Positions 18,591 through 27,300 of a stretch of 64,000 nt of DNA are shown here, piece after piece. The stretch's first letter is position 1, and each line of letters opens with the position of its first letter. Source of the DNA: Candidatus Woesearchaeota archaeon. GTDB lineage: Archaea > Nanobdellota > Nanobdellia > Woesearchaeales > JAZDKJ01. The translations under genes were made by a program, and so were the position numbers. The stretch spans positions 47,052 to 111,051 of the forward strand of contig JAZDKJ010000010.1 in the NCBI GenBank assembly GCA_043803105.1, in the 5' to 3' direction. The notes below the pieces were generated by a model. The model was not told the DNA's origin. It saw nothing but the letters and a program-made list of their open reading frames with translations, and searched no databases.

Positions 18591-19228
18591 TATTCTATGG
18601 CAAGTTTCTCGATAAAGTTTCTTCGGATATACCTATCCGTTTTCCTGAACAAGTCCTTAGAATAGGTCATGAAGCCAGGATTTTCTCTCATAAATGTTTC
18701 TGCTGCAATATAGCCCAGGATATTACTCTGAATTCTACTTTCCAACATGCTGCTTTGTAGTCGAAGAGTCAAAGGTAAATCCTTGCTACCTTGATTGTGA
18801 ACCGGTTTAGAATATGTAGGTTCTGGTCCTTTGAATAAATGATTATGTATGGTGTCTTTCAACAAAATCTCACAAATTGTCTGACCTAGCCTTCCGAAAA
18901 ATTCGTCAACGTCGGAATCCCATAAATTATCTTTATATTCTTTAATTATTGCCAAGGGTAAATACCGCCTAAAATTGTAAGGTCTCAAAGATTCTCTTAG
19001 AGAATGTGCCACTTCCTCGCCATAAACCCTGCCTTCGCCAAAATCTCGTTCCGTGATACAAATATTTCCTTTGAAGTCAATATAGCTTGATTCATATGAC
19101 GGTAGAATTTGAGGGATATGAACCTCAATATTGGGTTTCCTCGCTGACTTTGCTTTAAGAAAATGTGCAAATGTTTCCCAGCACAATTCTACCTCAGCAA
19201 TAACCTGTTCAGATGTAGTTTTTGCCAT
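18590..19228 (-). CDS. Hypothetical protein with zincin-like EExxH...E motif
   Basis: YGEEVAHSLRE followed by VDEFFG; ATG at 19228. Confidence 0.6.
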   Translation of the reverse strand: MAKTTSEQVIAEVELCWETFAHFLKAKSARKPNIEVHIPQILPSYESSYIDFKGNICITERDFGEGRVYGEEVAHSLRESLRPYNFRRYLPLAIIKEYKDNLWDSDVDEFFGRLGQTICEILLKDTIHNHLFKGPEPTYSKPVHNQGSKDLPLTLRLQSSMLESRIQSNILGYIAAETFMRENPGFMTYSKDLFRKTDRYIRRNFIEKLAIE

Positions 19229-19312
19229 CAGAATTGTGCAAATAACTATTCTACTTTTAAAGGTTACTTGGTTTATTTTAGGAGCAGTCTTCCTTAATAA
19301 AAGCAAAGAATA

Positions 19313-19365
19313 AAAGTAAGATGAGAAGGTTGGTACGCTCTGTAGCCCAGTTGCAAAGCCTGCGT
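19313..19365 (+). repeat. Dispersed intergenic repeat, copy 3 (diverged)
   Basis: AAGTAAGA..AGAAGGT..TACGC...TTGCAAAGCCTGCGT aligns with copies 1 and 4. Confidence 0.6.
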
Positions 19366-19368
19366 CTA

Positions 19369-20085
19369 TTACTTTATCTTCCCCTTCTGCACCAAAGCTA
19401 TGACCTCTCTTGCTGCCCTTTTTGTGTCTGGCTCTCCTTGCCTGAGTATCAGGTGCTTTTTCCTGGCAATCTCCTCCAGGGTCTCAAAGTGGTCCTCGCG
19501 CCTCTCTACAGAAAAGTGTCTCTCTACCCTACCTTGCATCTCTTCGATGATATTGATTGCCACCCCTTCAGGGTCTCGCATCTTGTGTGTGTCTATTGCT
19601 CCTACCATCTCAAGCATCGTAGCATCTGCGTCTTCTTCAATTACTCCCGGCGTATCGATAAGCATTATCTTCTTGCTTACAGCTATCTTCTGCACTCCGT
19701 GCGTGTAGCCGGATACGCTGCTTGTCGGAGCGCTGTGCCTGCCCTTGAGGCTGTTTATTAGCGTTGATTTTCCTGTGTTTGGATAGCCTACAACTCCAAC
19801 AGTTGCGCTCTTGCCCTTTGCAAGCTCCATAATCCTCTTGTAAAGCCTCATAGTCCCCATGTGCTTTTGGCTGCTGACCTGAATAGAGTTTGGTATGTGC
19901 AACCTTGCCTGCCCCTCTCTAGTAAGAAGATCCACTTTGTTTAGGACAAAGATGTGCTTCTTGCCAAATTCTTCTATTTTCTTGGCTATGTCCTGGTTTG
20001 CTCTGGGTTGCCGCGCGTCCAGGACAATGAGTACTATGTCTGATTCTTCTATTACCTTTTGCACCATTTCCGAGTATCTTTTCAT
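19369..20085 (-). CDS. Circularly permuted ribosome-biogenesis GTPase (RbgA/YlqF family)
   Basis: DAR, NKVD, GYPNTGKS, T, DTPG in G4-G5-G1-G2-G3 order. Confidence 0.93.
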   Translation of the reverse strand: MKRYSEMVQKVIEESDIVLIVLDARQPRANQDIAKKIEEFGKKHIFVLNKVDLLTREGQARLHIPNSIQVSSQKHMGTMRLYKRIMELAKGKSATVGVVGYPNTGKSTLINSLKGRHSAPTSSVSGYTHGVQKIAVSKKIMLIDTPGVIEEDADATMLEMVGAIDTHKMRDPEGVAINIIEEMQGRVERHFSVERREDHFETLEEIARKKHLILRQGEPDTKRAAREVIALVQKGKIK

Positions 20086-20224
20086 CTAGGAGTAAAGTGC
20101 TTTCAGTCTTTTAATAAGCTTCCTACATCACTCTTGGAGGGCAATCGATACAATAAAGAATTTGATACCTCACGCGCTTTGCAATCTGAAACTTGGCGGT
20201 TTTCAGGAGTAATTAGCAACAAAT

Positions 20225-20283
20225 TTGTCCTTAAAATAAGGAAAACTTTATATAATATTGTCCTTAAAATAAGGAAAACTTTA
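20225..20283 (+). promoter_or_regulatory. Tandem 26-bp duplication with palindromic operator-like core, each copy running into a TATA box
   Basis: TTGTCCTTAAAATAAGGAAAACTTTA at 20225-20250 and 20258-20283; core TCCTTA-AAA-TAAGGA. Confidence 0.75.
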
Positions 20284-20311
20284 AATAGAAGGAACCATTC
20301 CTGGGTCTTAT

Positions 20312-21616
20312 ATGAATCAGAAAGAAGTAGAACAATATCTAGTAGATTTCCAAAAAAGGGAATTCCCAAAATTAGTAGATAGGACTCTAAGAGTGTCTTT
20401 AGGGAAAAAGATAACTGCAATAATCGGTCCTAGAAGGGCTGGAAAAACTTCTTACCTTTATCAGATAATGCGAGAGGTGATGAAGGCAGGAAAAAATAAA
20501 GAGGATATTGTTTACCTGAACTTTGAGAGTACCAAATTATTTGACATTAACTTCAAAGATATAAAAGAAGTTGTCGCGATTCACAAAAGGTTATTCCCAA
20601 AAACAAAAAATCCTGTCTTATTTTTGGATGAGCCTCAAAACATACAAAATTGGGAAAAGGCTGTAAGAGAACTGGATGATGAAGGATACATGATATTCAT
20701 AACAGGTTCATCTTCTAAATTGTTAAGCAAAGAAATTGCCACCTCATTAAGGGGAAGAAGCATAAGCTATTTGTTACTGCCTTTCTCTTTCAGGGAATTC
20801 TTGGATCTGAAAGGATTTCCTGCCCCAAGATTGACAAGCTCTGAGGAAAAGACTAAGATACTTGCCTTCCTGGATGAATATCTTGAATTTGGAGGATTCC
20901 CGGAAGTTGTTCTGGAACAAGACAAAGATACTAAACTTAGGATAATAGAGAGCTACCTTGATCTTACAGTCTATAAGGACATAGTGGAAAGGCATGCAAT
21001 TAAGGACTCTATGCTCATAAAATGGCTTATTAAGTCTGTTGCCTCAAGTTACACTAAGGAGATTAGCATACTTAAGATATATGATACCCTAAAATCCCAA
21101 GGGAGGAGGACATCAAAAGATGAGTTGTATGCATATGCTTCTCTATTGAATGACTCTCTTTTTGCGTTGTACCTCCCTAAGTTTAGTTGGTCTGTAAGGA
21201 AGCGGGAGCCTGTCAATAAGGTGTTTCTTTGCGATACTGGTTTTGTAAAGATGATTGAGATCGGCAAGGATGTAGGAAAGAAAATGGAGAATGCCTTTTT
21301 CTTAGAGATGCTAAGGAGGAAAATGCCAACGATAGAATACTATTACTGGAAGAATGTCCAACATGAGGAAGTGGATTTACTTGTCAAAGAAGGGGCAAAG
21401 ATTACTAGCCTAATCCAAATTAGTAAGGAACTCGACAATCATGAAATAAGAGAAAGAGGGATCCGGTCATTGCTCAAAGCAAGCGCAGAACTCAAATGCG
21501 ATGAATTGATTATGATCACAGAAAATCATGAAGCAGTAGAGAAAGCTGAATGGCATGGAATTAAGGGGAAAATCAAATATATTCCATTATGGAAATGGTT
21601 GTTAATAGCAGGTTAG
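20312..21616 (+). CDS. AAA_14 / DUF4143 ATPase
   Basis: GPRRAGKT, FLDEPQ, ITGSSS, SLRGR, GGFPE, C-terminal EVDL and YIPLWKWLL. Confidence 0.92.
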   Translation: MNQKEVEQYLVDFQKREFPKLVDRTLRVSLGKKITAIIGPRRAGKTSYLYQIMREVMKAGKNKEDIVYLNFESTKLFDINFKDIKEVVAIHKRLFPKTKNPVLFLDEPQNIQNWEKAVRELDDEGYMIFITGSSSKLLSKEIATSLRGRSISYLLLPFSFREFLDLKGFPAPRLTSSEEKTKILAFLDEYLEFGGFPEVVLEQDKDTKLRIIESYLDLTVYKDIVERHAIKDSMLIKWLIKSVASSYTKEISILKIYDTLKSQGRRTSKDELYAYASLLNDSLFALYLPKFSWSVRKREPVNKVFLCDTGFVKMIEIGKDVGKKMENAFFLEMLRRKMPTIEYYYWKNVQHEEVDLLVKEGAKITSLIQISKELDNHEIRERGIRSLLKASAELKCDELIMITENHEAVEKAEWHGIKGKIKYIPLWKWLLIAG

Positions 21617-21622
21617 AACAAT

Positions 21623-21776
21623 TGGAGGTCAACAGTAAGAAATATAGTTGAAGTCATCGACTAATCATTTATGACTTCCACTATTAGGAGAAGAAATACA
21701 ATTCCTATTAAGGGGTTATTTCTTCGACTATAGCAGGGTTCTACGCCTTGAGTGTAAGTTGCACAGCCTTCGGCGT
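21623..21776 (+). repeat. Dispersed intergenic repeat, copy 4, interrupted by an insertion
   Basis: Matches copy 1 on both sides of an 86-bp insert. Confidence 0.8.
21645..21730. mobile_element. MITE/REP-like 86-bp insertion with TA target duplication
   Basis: Absent from copy 1; ends TAGTTGAAG / CTTCGACTA (inverted, 1 mismatch), flanked by TA; two internal hairpins. Confidence 0.6.
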
Positions 21777-21885
21777 TTCTTCTTGAAAAGTCTAAAGCTC
21801 TAGCAAACAGCTATCCTAAAAGTGTCATTCTGTGATGGAGAAGGTGCTACCTCATGCATTACAGAAATAATTAATACAACAAGCT

Positions 21886-21923
21886 TTAAAAAAAAATTAA
21901 TGGCCGGAGTTTGACACTCCGGC
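21886..21923 (-). terminator. Hairpin + T-tract terminator of the Cys-rich gene
   Basis: GCCGGAGT/ACTCCGGC stem at 21903-21923 followed on - strand by a long T-run. Confidence 0.6.
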
Positions 21924-21949
21924 AAGCTAAACTAACAATCGTTGTTCTT

Positions 21950-23362
21950 TCAGACGCACATGCAGCCCGAGCATCTCTCATTTGCGTCGCAGTCTGAGTC
22001 CTGTGAGCACTGTGCATCGCACTTGCCCTTAACGCACTTGAAATTGGTTGCAGATGTCTCGCTGCACAGGCACCCCGTAGTGCACTTGCCAAACTCGCTC
22101 CTTGTCCCCATCATGGTTCCTTTGCAAACCTCAGTGGACTGGCTGCAGTCAGTGTCTACAGCACACTGTGCATTGCATGCATCCTTCACGCACTTGGGCG
22201 TGCTAAACGAATATTCCTGGCAAATGCAGTTGTAATGGCACTCAGCATATGGCCCTCTGGTCGCGAGCTTTGTACCAAAGCATTTCTCAGTTGTTTGTGG
22301 GCAATCCTCTTTTGTTGCGCACTGTGCGCCGCATTCACCCACAACACAGGAGTACACCAAGGGTTTCTTGACGCACTGGCATTGAGAGTTGCAGTCGCCA
22401 AATGCTGTTCTCTCGCCGTGCATTAGTCCTTTGCACTCGTTCACAGATTCCAGGCAATAGTTGTTATCCAGCGTATTCGGAAATTCGCACTGCTCTCCCC
22501 TTCCAACAATGCCATCTCCGCATCTTGGTACAGGTGTGTGCTTGCATGTGCAATCATTTAGGCACTGGTCTTTTGTGTCTGGATTGTTATCATTACAATC
22601 AGTGTCTTTGCTGCAGACAGCCCCACACTGGTCTTTGACGCATTGGTATTTGAAAGCATCATACTGGCACATGCAATTCGTCTTGCACGTAGCGGTCCTA
22701 ATCCCGAGCTTATGGTTGCTGCCACAGGTTGTTAGGTCAGTACAATCGCTTTTTGTGCCGCACTCTGCATCACAGCTGTTGGCCACACATTTGTAGGTGA
22801 AAGGCGTTTCTTTACATTGACAGCTTGAGCTGCACTTGCCATCTACTGATCTGGTACCGGTCTTGGCCCCAAGGCAGGTCTCAGTTGATTGAGGGCAGTC
22901 ATAATCCTGGCTGCATGCCGCTCCGCACTCGTCCATGACACATTTCGCTGGTCCGAAAACAGTGTCCTGGCAATTGCAGTTGTAATGGCACATGCCAAAC
23001 TCAGGCCTGACCGAAAGCTTGTTTCCAACGCATTTATCTGTTGTTTGTGGGCAGTCCTCTTTTGTTGTGCACTGTGCACCGCACATGTCCTTGACGCAGG
23101 AATATGTAAAGGTGTCATAGTCACATTTGCATAGAGTGTTGCAGTCGCCAAACTCAGCTCTTTCCCCAGTCCTTTGACCAGAACATGTTGTAGCTGACTC
23201 TGGACAATACGAGTTGTCAGCAGTCCCAGGAGATTCGCATTTCTCTCCAAAATTGATTACTCCGTTGCCGCAATAACCGGTTGAAGCACCAGCTGCCACA
23301 GACCACGAAAGCATTGAACAAACCGACAGAAATAATATTGCTATCAATACATGCTTTTTCAA
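21950..23362 (-). CDS. Secreted cysteine-rich repeat protein
   Basis: Signal peptide; CGNGVINFGEKCE / CGDGIVGRGEQCE repeats and ~50-aa C-x-C...CGA-x-C-x4-DC units. Confidence 0.85.
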   Translation of the reverse strand: MKKHVLIAILFLSVCSMLSWSVAAGASTGYCGNGVINFGEKCESPGTADNSYCPESATTCSGQRTGERAEFGDCNTLCKCDYDTFTYSCVKDMCGAQCTTKEDCPQTTDKCVGNKLSVRPEFGMCHYNCNCQDTVFGPAKCVMDECGAACSQDYDCPQSTETCLGAKTGTRSVDGKCSSSCQCKETPFTYKCVANSCDAECGTKSDCTDLTTCGSNHKLGIRTATCKTNCMCQYDAFKYQCVKDQCGAVCSKDTDCNDNNPDTKDQCLNDCTCKHTPVPRCGDGIVGRGEQCEFPNTLDNNYCLESVNECKGLMHGERTAFGDCNSQCQCVKKPLVYSCVVGECGAQCATKEDCPQTTEKCFGTKLATRGPYAECHYNCICQEYSFSTPKCVKDACNAQCAVDTDCSQSTEVCKGTMMGTRSEFGKCTTGCLCSETSATNFKCVKGKCDAQCSQDSDCDANERCSGCMCV

Positions 23363-23628
23363 AATCTCGCCCCCTTGTTTATTTATTTGTTAAGTTGTTT
23401 CTGCAGATTATGGTGTCGTTGATTGAGATATCTTATCCAATTCCTTACTTTTAGGCCCTGGATTATATAAACTTGTGTTGTCCCAAAGTGCCGATGACAT
23501 AGGCTGATTTTCATTCACGCACAGGAAATCAGCTCCAACAAAATATTGGGGGTTCAGTTCCACAACCTCAGGGTATTTTTCTGAGCAAACGCCAAAATTT
23601 ATAAATCCCTGTTTCTCCGGCATGCAAT

Positions 23629-24060
23629 ATGGAATACTTGTGGTTAATATTCGCTCTTCTTTCCGCTTTTACAGCCAGCCTTGTGGCAATCTTTGGTAAG
23701 GTTGGTCTTGAGGGTATTGACTCCAATACTGCTACTGCAATAAGAGCTATAATTATGGCATTGCTCTTGGTAGGTGTCATAATTGTTCAGGGCAAGCTCG
23801 GCCAGATTTCAGAGATTTTGTCCAACAGCAAGGCATTGACCTTCATAGTCTTGAGCAGCATTGCTGGTGCATTGTCTTGGCTCTTCTTTTTCTTTGCGCT
23901 AAAAGTCGGCAAGGTCTCGCAGGTAGCACCCATAGATAAGCTCAGTGTGGTGTTTGCTGTTGTTTTCGCTCTTTTATTCTTGGGTGAAAAGCTTAGCCTA
24001 AGGGCAGGAATTGGAGCTGCATTGATCGCTGCAGGCGCAATTCTTGTGGCTGTTGGATAG
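23629..24060 (+). CDS. EamA/DMT family small transporter
   Basis: IFGKVGLEGIDSNTATAIR, ALKVGKVSQVAPIDKLSVV, LGEKL. Confidence 0.92.
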   Translation: MEYLWLIFALLSAFTASLVAIFGKVGLEGIDSNTATAIRAIIMALLLVGVIIVQGKLGQISEILSNSKALTFIVLSSIAGALSWLFFFFALKVGKVSQVAPIDKLSVVFAVVFALLFLGEKLSLRAGIGAALIAAGAILVAVG

Positions 24061-24111
24061 TTTCGCGGCCGGCAAACTCCTACAGCCTTACAATAGAAAT
24101 CTGTGGCATAA

Positions 24112-24360
24112 TCATTGCTCATCTTTGTGATATAAGTCCAACAAGACGACTTTCTGCTCTTTTTTTGAATATGAATAGGAGAGCCTAAAAGGATGAATAT
24201 GGAGTTCTCTTGTGCCTTTTCTTGCATACCTCGTCGGCTTACCCACTTCAGGATTGGCAGCAACTTTCAGAATCTGTTTTTTCAATTCGACCTTTAGCGC
24301 TTCGTTCTTTATCTTCTCTATTCTCTTTTTGATTGCCTGGTCAAAAACAATTGTTACCAT
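24112..24360 (-). CDS. RelE/ParE-family toxin
   Basis: 82 aa basic; NPEVGKP...RELHIHPFRLSY...LYHKD; overlaps the antitoxin stop. Confidence 0.85.
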   Translation of the reverse strand: MVTIVFDQAIKKRIEKIKNEALKVELKKQILKVAANPEVGKPTRYARKGTRELHIHPFRLSYSYSKKEQKVVLLDLYHKDEQ

Positions 24361-24614
24361 TTTTCCAGTTCTTTCTTAAATTCCTGCAAAGACATTTCCT
24401 TGAACAGCCCTTTGTCAAAGCGTTTTGCAGCCTCCTCTGTCCTCTTGGCAAATTCCAGGTCTTCTGCAAGCTTCATATCCGTTGCTTTCCTTAGTATCAA
24501 CTGGCCGTCGTTCTTTATTATCAACAACTTGTCACCCTCCTTCAGATCATGCCTCATCTCAGACGGGATCACAATCTGGCCTTTGGAGCTTATCCTTGTA
24601 ATAGCAATATCCAT
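24354..24614 (-). CDS. AbrB/MazE-family antitoxin
   Basis: ITRISSKGQIVIPSEMR...EGDKL. Confidence 0.9.
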   Translation of the reverse strand: MDIAITRISSKGQIVIPSEMRHDLKEGDKLLIIKNDGQLILRKATDMKLAEDLEFAKRTEEAAKRFDKGLFKEMSLQEFKKELEKW

Positions 24615-24625
24615 ATATCATCACC

Positions 24626-24655
24626 AGGTAAGATTAATCTTACCTAGTATATAAA
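24626..24655 (-). promoter_or_regulatory. Perfect 20-bp palindromic operator next to the TATA box of the TA operon
   Basis: AGGTAAGATTAATCTTACCT at 24626-24645; TTTATATA on - strand at 24655-24648. Confidence 0.8.
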
Positions 24656-24745
24656 GTTGATGTTTGTAGCTTAGAACAGGGCTTAAAATGCTTTTTGATT
24701 GAATTGTTGGAGGATTTTCGGCTTAACTGGAAATCAAAGTGCAAT

Positions 24746-25096
24746 GATACTTTGAGACGCTTAGCTTTAAAAAGAATAGAGGTATTTTCTTGCAAGGTGA
24801 GACATATGGACCTTTCCTATAAATGCAAAGAAACTGGAATTACTGGACAAGACCTTTTCACATTAGTGGATGCTGCAGCGCACGCAAAACTAAGTGGTTA
24901 TGATGCAGCCAAGGAGCTGATAGATGAGGCTGCCGGTTACCTAAAACAATATGGAAAAAACTGGGCTGAAGTTGCTGGATATTTTACTGAACATCTGGCA
25001 AAATGCCCTGAGTGCAAAAAGCAAATAAAATCTGATGCAGACATACACTTTGTGACAATCCAGGTGGGAAAAGAGCATCCAGAGATTTGGGATTAG
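24746..25096 (+). CDS. Hypothetical protein with HxxxCxxC (zf-HC2-like) motif
   Basis: EHLAKCPECKK; AGGTGA SD-like site before ATG 24746. Confidence 0.6.
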   Translation, partial: DTLRRLALKRIEVFSCKVRHMDLSYKCKETGITGQDLFTLVDAAAHAKLSGYDAAKELIDEAAGYLKQYGKNWAEVAGYFTEHLAKCPECKKQIKSDADIHFVTIQVGKEHPEIWD

Positions 25097-25243
25097 GCGC
25101 AGAGGAAAAAACACCTTACTCGAAGAAGTAATCTGGATTGAAAAGCATCAGCGTGGGTTAAAGAATGAACTCTACGTGCCTGCAATAAGAGACGCAACTA
25201 AAGTGCCTAAGACGTTTCCAGAATTAACTTAGACTGGATTTGG

Positions 25244-25741
25244 ATGAAATCACCCTTGGATGACCCGAAACTTTTGGAAGATTGGAAAGAGTTACATAGA
25301 TATAACACCCAAACACTCGGTCTTTCGAATCGCAGGTCATTCACACTTATCGGCCAAAAATATGGGTATTCACGAAGTGGAGTCCAATACTGGCTTGAGG
25401 AAAACAACCGAAAGCAGTCAATCCAAAGAAAAAAAGATAACCTGATTCCATATTCAATACATCCTCGCAAGCTGGAACGACGCGAACACGGCAGGATTTA
25501 CCAATATGTCCGCAGAAACCTTGATACGTACGTGAAACAAACTTATTCTGGGCATGATATAGCTCTGACTCTTGATCAATTAACATCCAATCTGTTCGAA
25601 CTGACAGGCATTTCTATGAGGAATAGCACATTTCTTAAGATTCTGTCAAAGTACGAACAGGAACAAGGAAAAATACTGCTCATCCCTATAGCAAACCATG
25701 AGCCAACCATCTATCGCTTGAACACGTTCACAATAAATTAG
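25244..25741 (+). CDS. Hypothetical HTH-containing protein
   Basis: SFTLIGQKYGYSRSGVQYWL HTH; C-terminal wHTH-like segment. Confidence 0.6.
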   Translation: MKSPLDDPKLLEDWKELHRYNTQTLGLSNRRSFTLIGQKYGYSRSGVQYWLEENNRKQSIQRKKDNLIPYSIHPRKLERREHGRIYQYVRRNLDTYVKQTYSGHDIALTLDQLTSNLFELTGISMRNSTFLKILSKYEQEQGKILLIPIANHEPTIYRLNTFTIN

Positions 25742-25891
25742 CCAGCTAATAAGCACTGTAAGCAATATGGAGAGCAAATGCTGCCTTACCAAGGCCATAA
25801 GCCCTGTTACCAAGATAGGCAATTTCTTGGATAGAACGGGACTGCATGAGTTCGGGGACTATTTCTGGAACAAGATTTTATTGCTATTTGA

Positions 25892-26406
25892 TTATAGAAA
25901 GTATATATCACCTACTTTATCTTCTCCCTTATCCTTTCTAACAAATCCGGCTTTCACTAGCTTCTGCAGAGCCTTGTGAGTATTTTCTCTGTGCTTATAG
26001 ATGCCTTCTTTCTCCAGGACTTTTCTAATTTCTTCGGTGACCATAGGCTTATTTGCCTTCTTAAGCAATAATAAAATCCTCAGATGGTTTGGATTTCCTA
26101 GCAAAAGAAATTTTTCACTTTTTGCAAATTGTACAGAGATGAATCCGATTTTAAAGTTGAGATAACTCCGGTATGAGTTACATTACGCGCGGTATCACCG
26201 TAAGAAGTGCTTCTTTCTTGTTTTAAAATACTTAACAATTTAAATCTCCTTTGCTCATTCAATTCCGGCATAATCTTCTCCCACACCGCCTCAAACACAG
26301 CATCTCTTTCGCAATCGTGTTTCTTTGCGCTCTCTGCTAGGAACTTCTCAAATTCCTCTTCCAGCTCCTGAAGGAAGATTAGGTAATCCGACTGCTCGAT
26401 GTCCAT
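25892..26406 (-). pseudogene. ArsR-like wHTH regulator split by a -1 frameshift (pseudogene, error or programmed shift)
   Basis: ORF 26406-26098 and ORF 26104-25892 join as ...VKNF/LLLGNPNHLRILLLL, a typical ArsR helix-1 pattern. Confidence 0.55.
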
Positions 26407-26523
26407 GGAAAGTTAAAAAGGCAAGGTTGTTATTAATAGTTTGTTTGGGAAAAGCGGAATTCCTTCGAAGCCACTGGACATTCATGGATAAGATTTTTTA
26501 AGAACGACGAGTATTTTTTGGGA

Positions 26524-27126
26524 ATGAAAGAATACCGGGGACTTATTCAGAAAATTGGAAGGCAGCTGGATGAAGCCAGGGGGCAAGCAGTCCGCGAAGT
26601 TAACAAAATAATGGTAAATACTTATTGGCTTATCGGCAAGGAAATAGTAGAATATGAGCAGAAAGGAAGCAAAAGGGCACAATATGGAACTAAATTACTA
26701 GAAAATATTTCCAGAGACCTAACAAAAATTTACGGCAAAGGATTTTCGGTTGACAACATCGAAAACATGCGGAGATTTTATCTTTGCTTCAAGAATTCCG
26801 AGACACTGTCTCGGAAATTATCATGGAGCGCTTATTGCCTTATCCTAAGGCTTGACAATCATCTTGCCAGGGAGTTTTACATCATCGAAGCAGAAAACTG
26901 GAGTGTAAGAGAACTTGAAAGGCAGATTAACTCCATGCTCTTTGAAAGAATATCAAAGGATTTGAAAGATAAGTGTGGCAAAGGATTCAGCAAAAGCAAC
27001 GTTTACCTCATGCGACAATTTTACCAAAAGTACCCAAAATTCCAGACAGTGTCTGGAAAATTAAGTTACAGTCACTATGCTGAATTACTATCTTTGGCCG
27101 CACACCTTAAGATATATTATCCTTAA
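26524..27126 (+). pseudogene. DUF1016 (YhcG) N-terminal domain with partial second copy, lacking the nuclease domain
   Basis: YWLIGKEIVEYEQ...YG...GKGFSVDNIENMRRFY...LSWS...WSVRELERQI, then GKGFS..N...MRQFY...LSYSHY again and an early stop. Confidence 0.7.
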
Positions 27127-27300
27127 TTCTTTTGTAATTTCTACAAATTAATCTTTGCTTGAATTTCCCTTCTCCTATATTTTGAGGACCACCATATTTC
27201 TGCCATTTATGGAAACCGAAAAATATGCTCTAGAAAGAAAGAATCTACGTTAAGATTCCCAAAACCTTTAAATATTACCTAGTCTTACTTAGTCTTACCC

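Noticed and set aside
19321-19370. GCAAAGCC similarity to the c-di-GMP-I riboswitch; HDV-like ribozyme fit for the repeat
   Set aside because: No GNRA tetraloop/receptor arrangement, and no P4 or catalytic J4/2 segment between the candidate helices.
16746-21828. Classical integron cassette array
   Set aside because: The repeats lack GTTRRRY/RYYYAAC attC ends, gene orientations are mixed, one enclosed gene is a core GTPase, and there is no integrase.
23408-23623. 71-aa ORF upstream of the Cys-rich gene
   Set aside because: No motif, and it overlaps TATA-like promoter DNA of the flanking divergent genes; at most a gene remnant.
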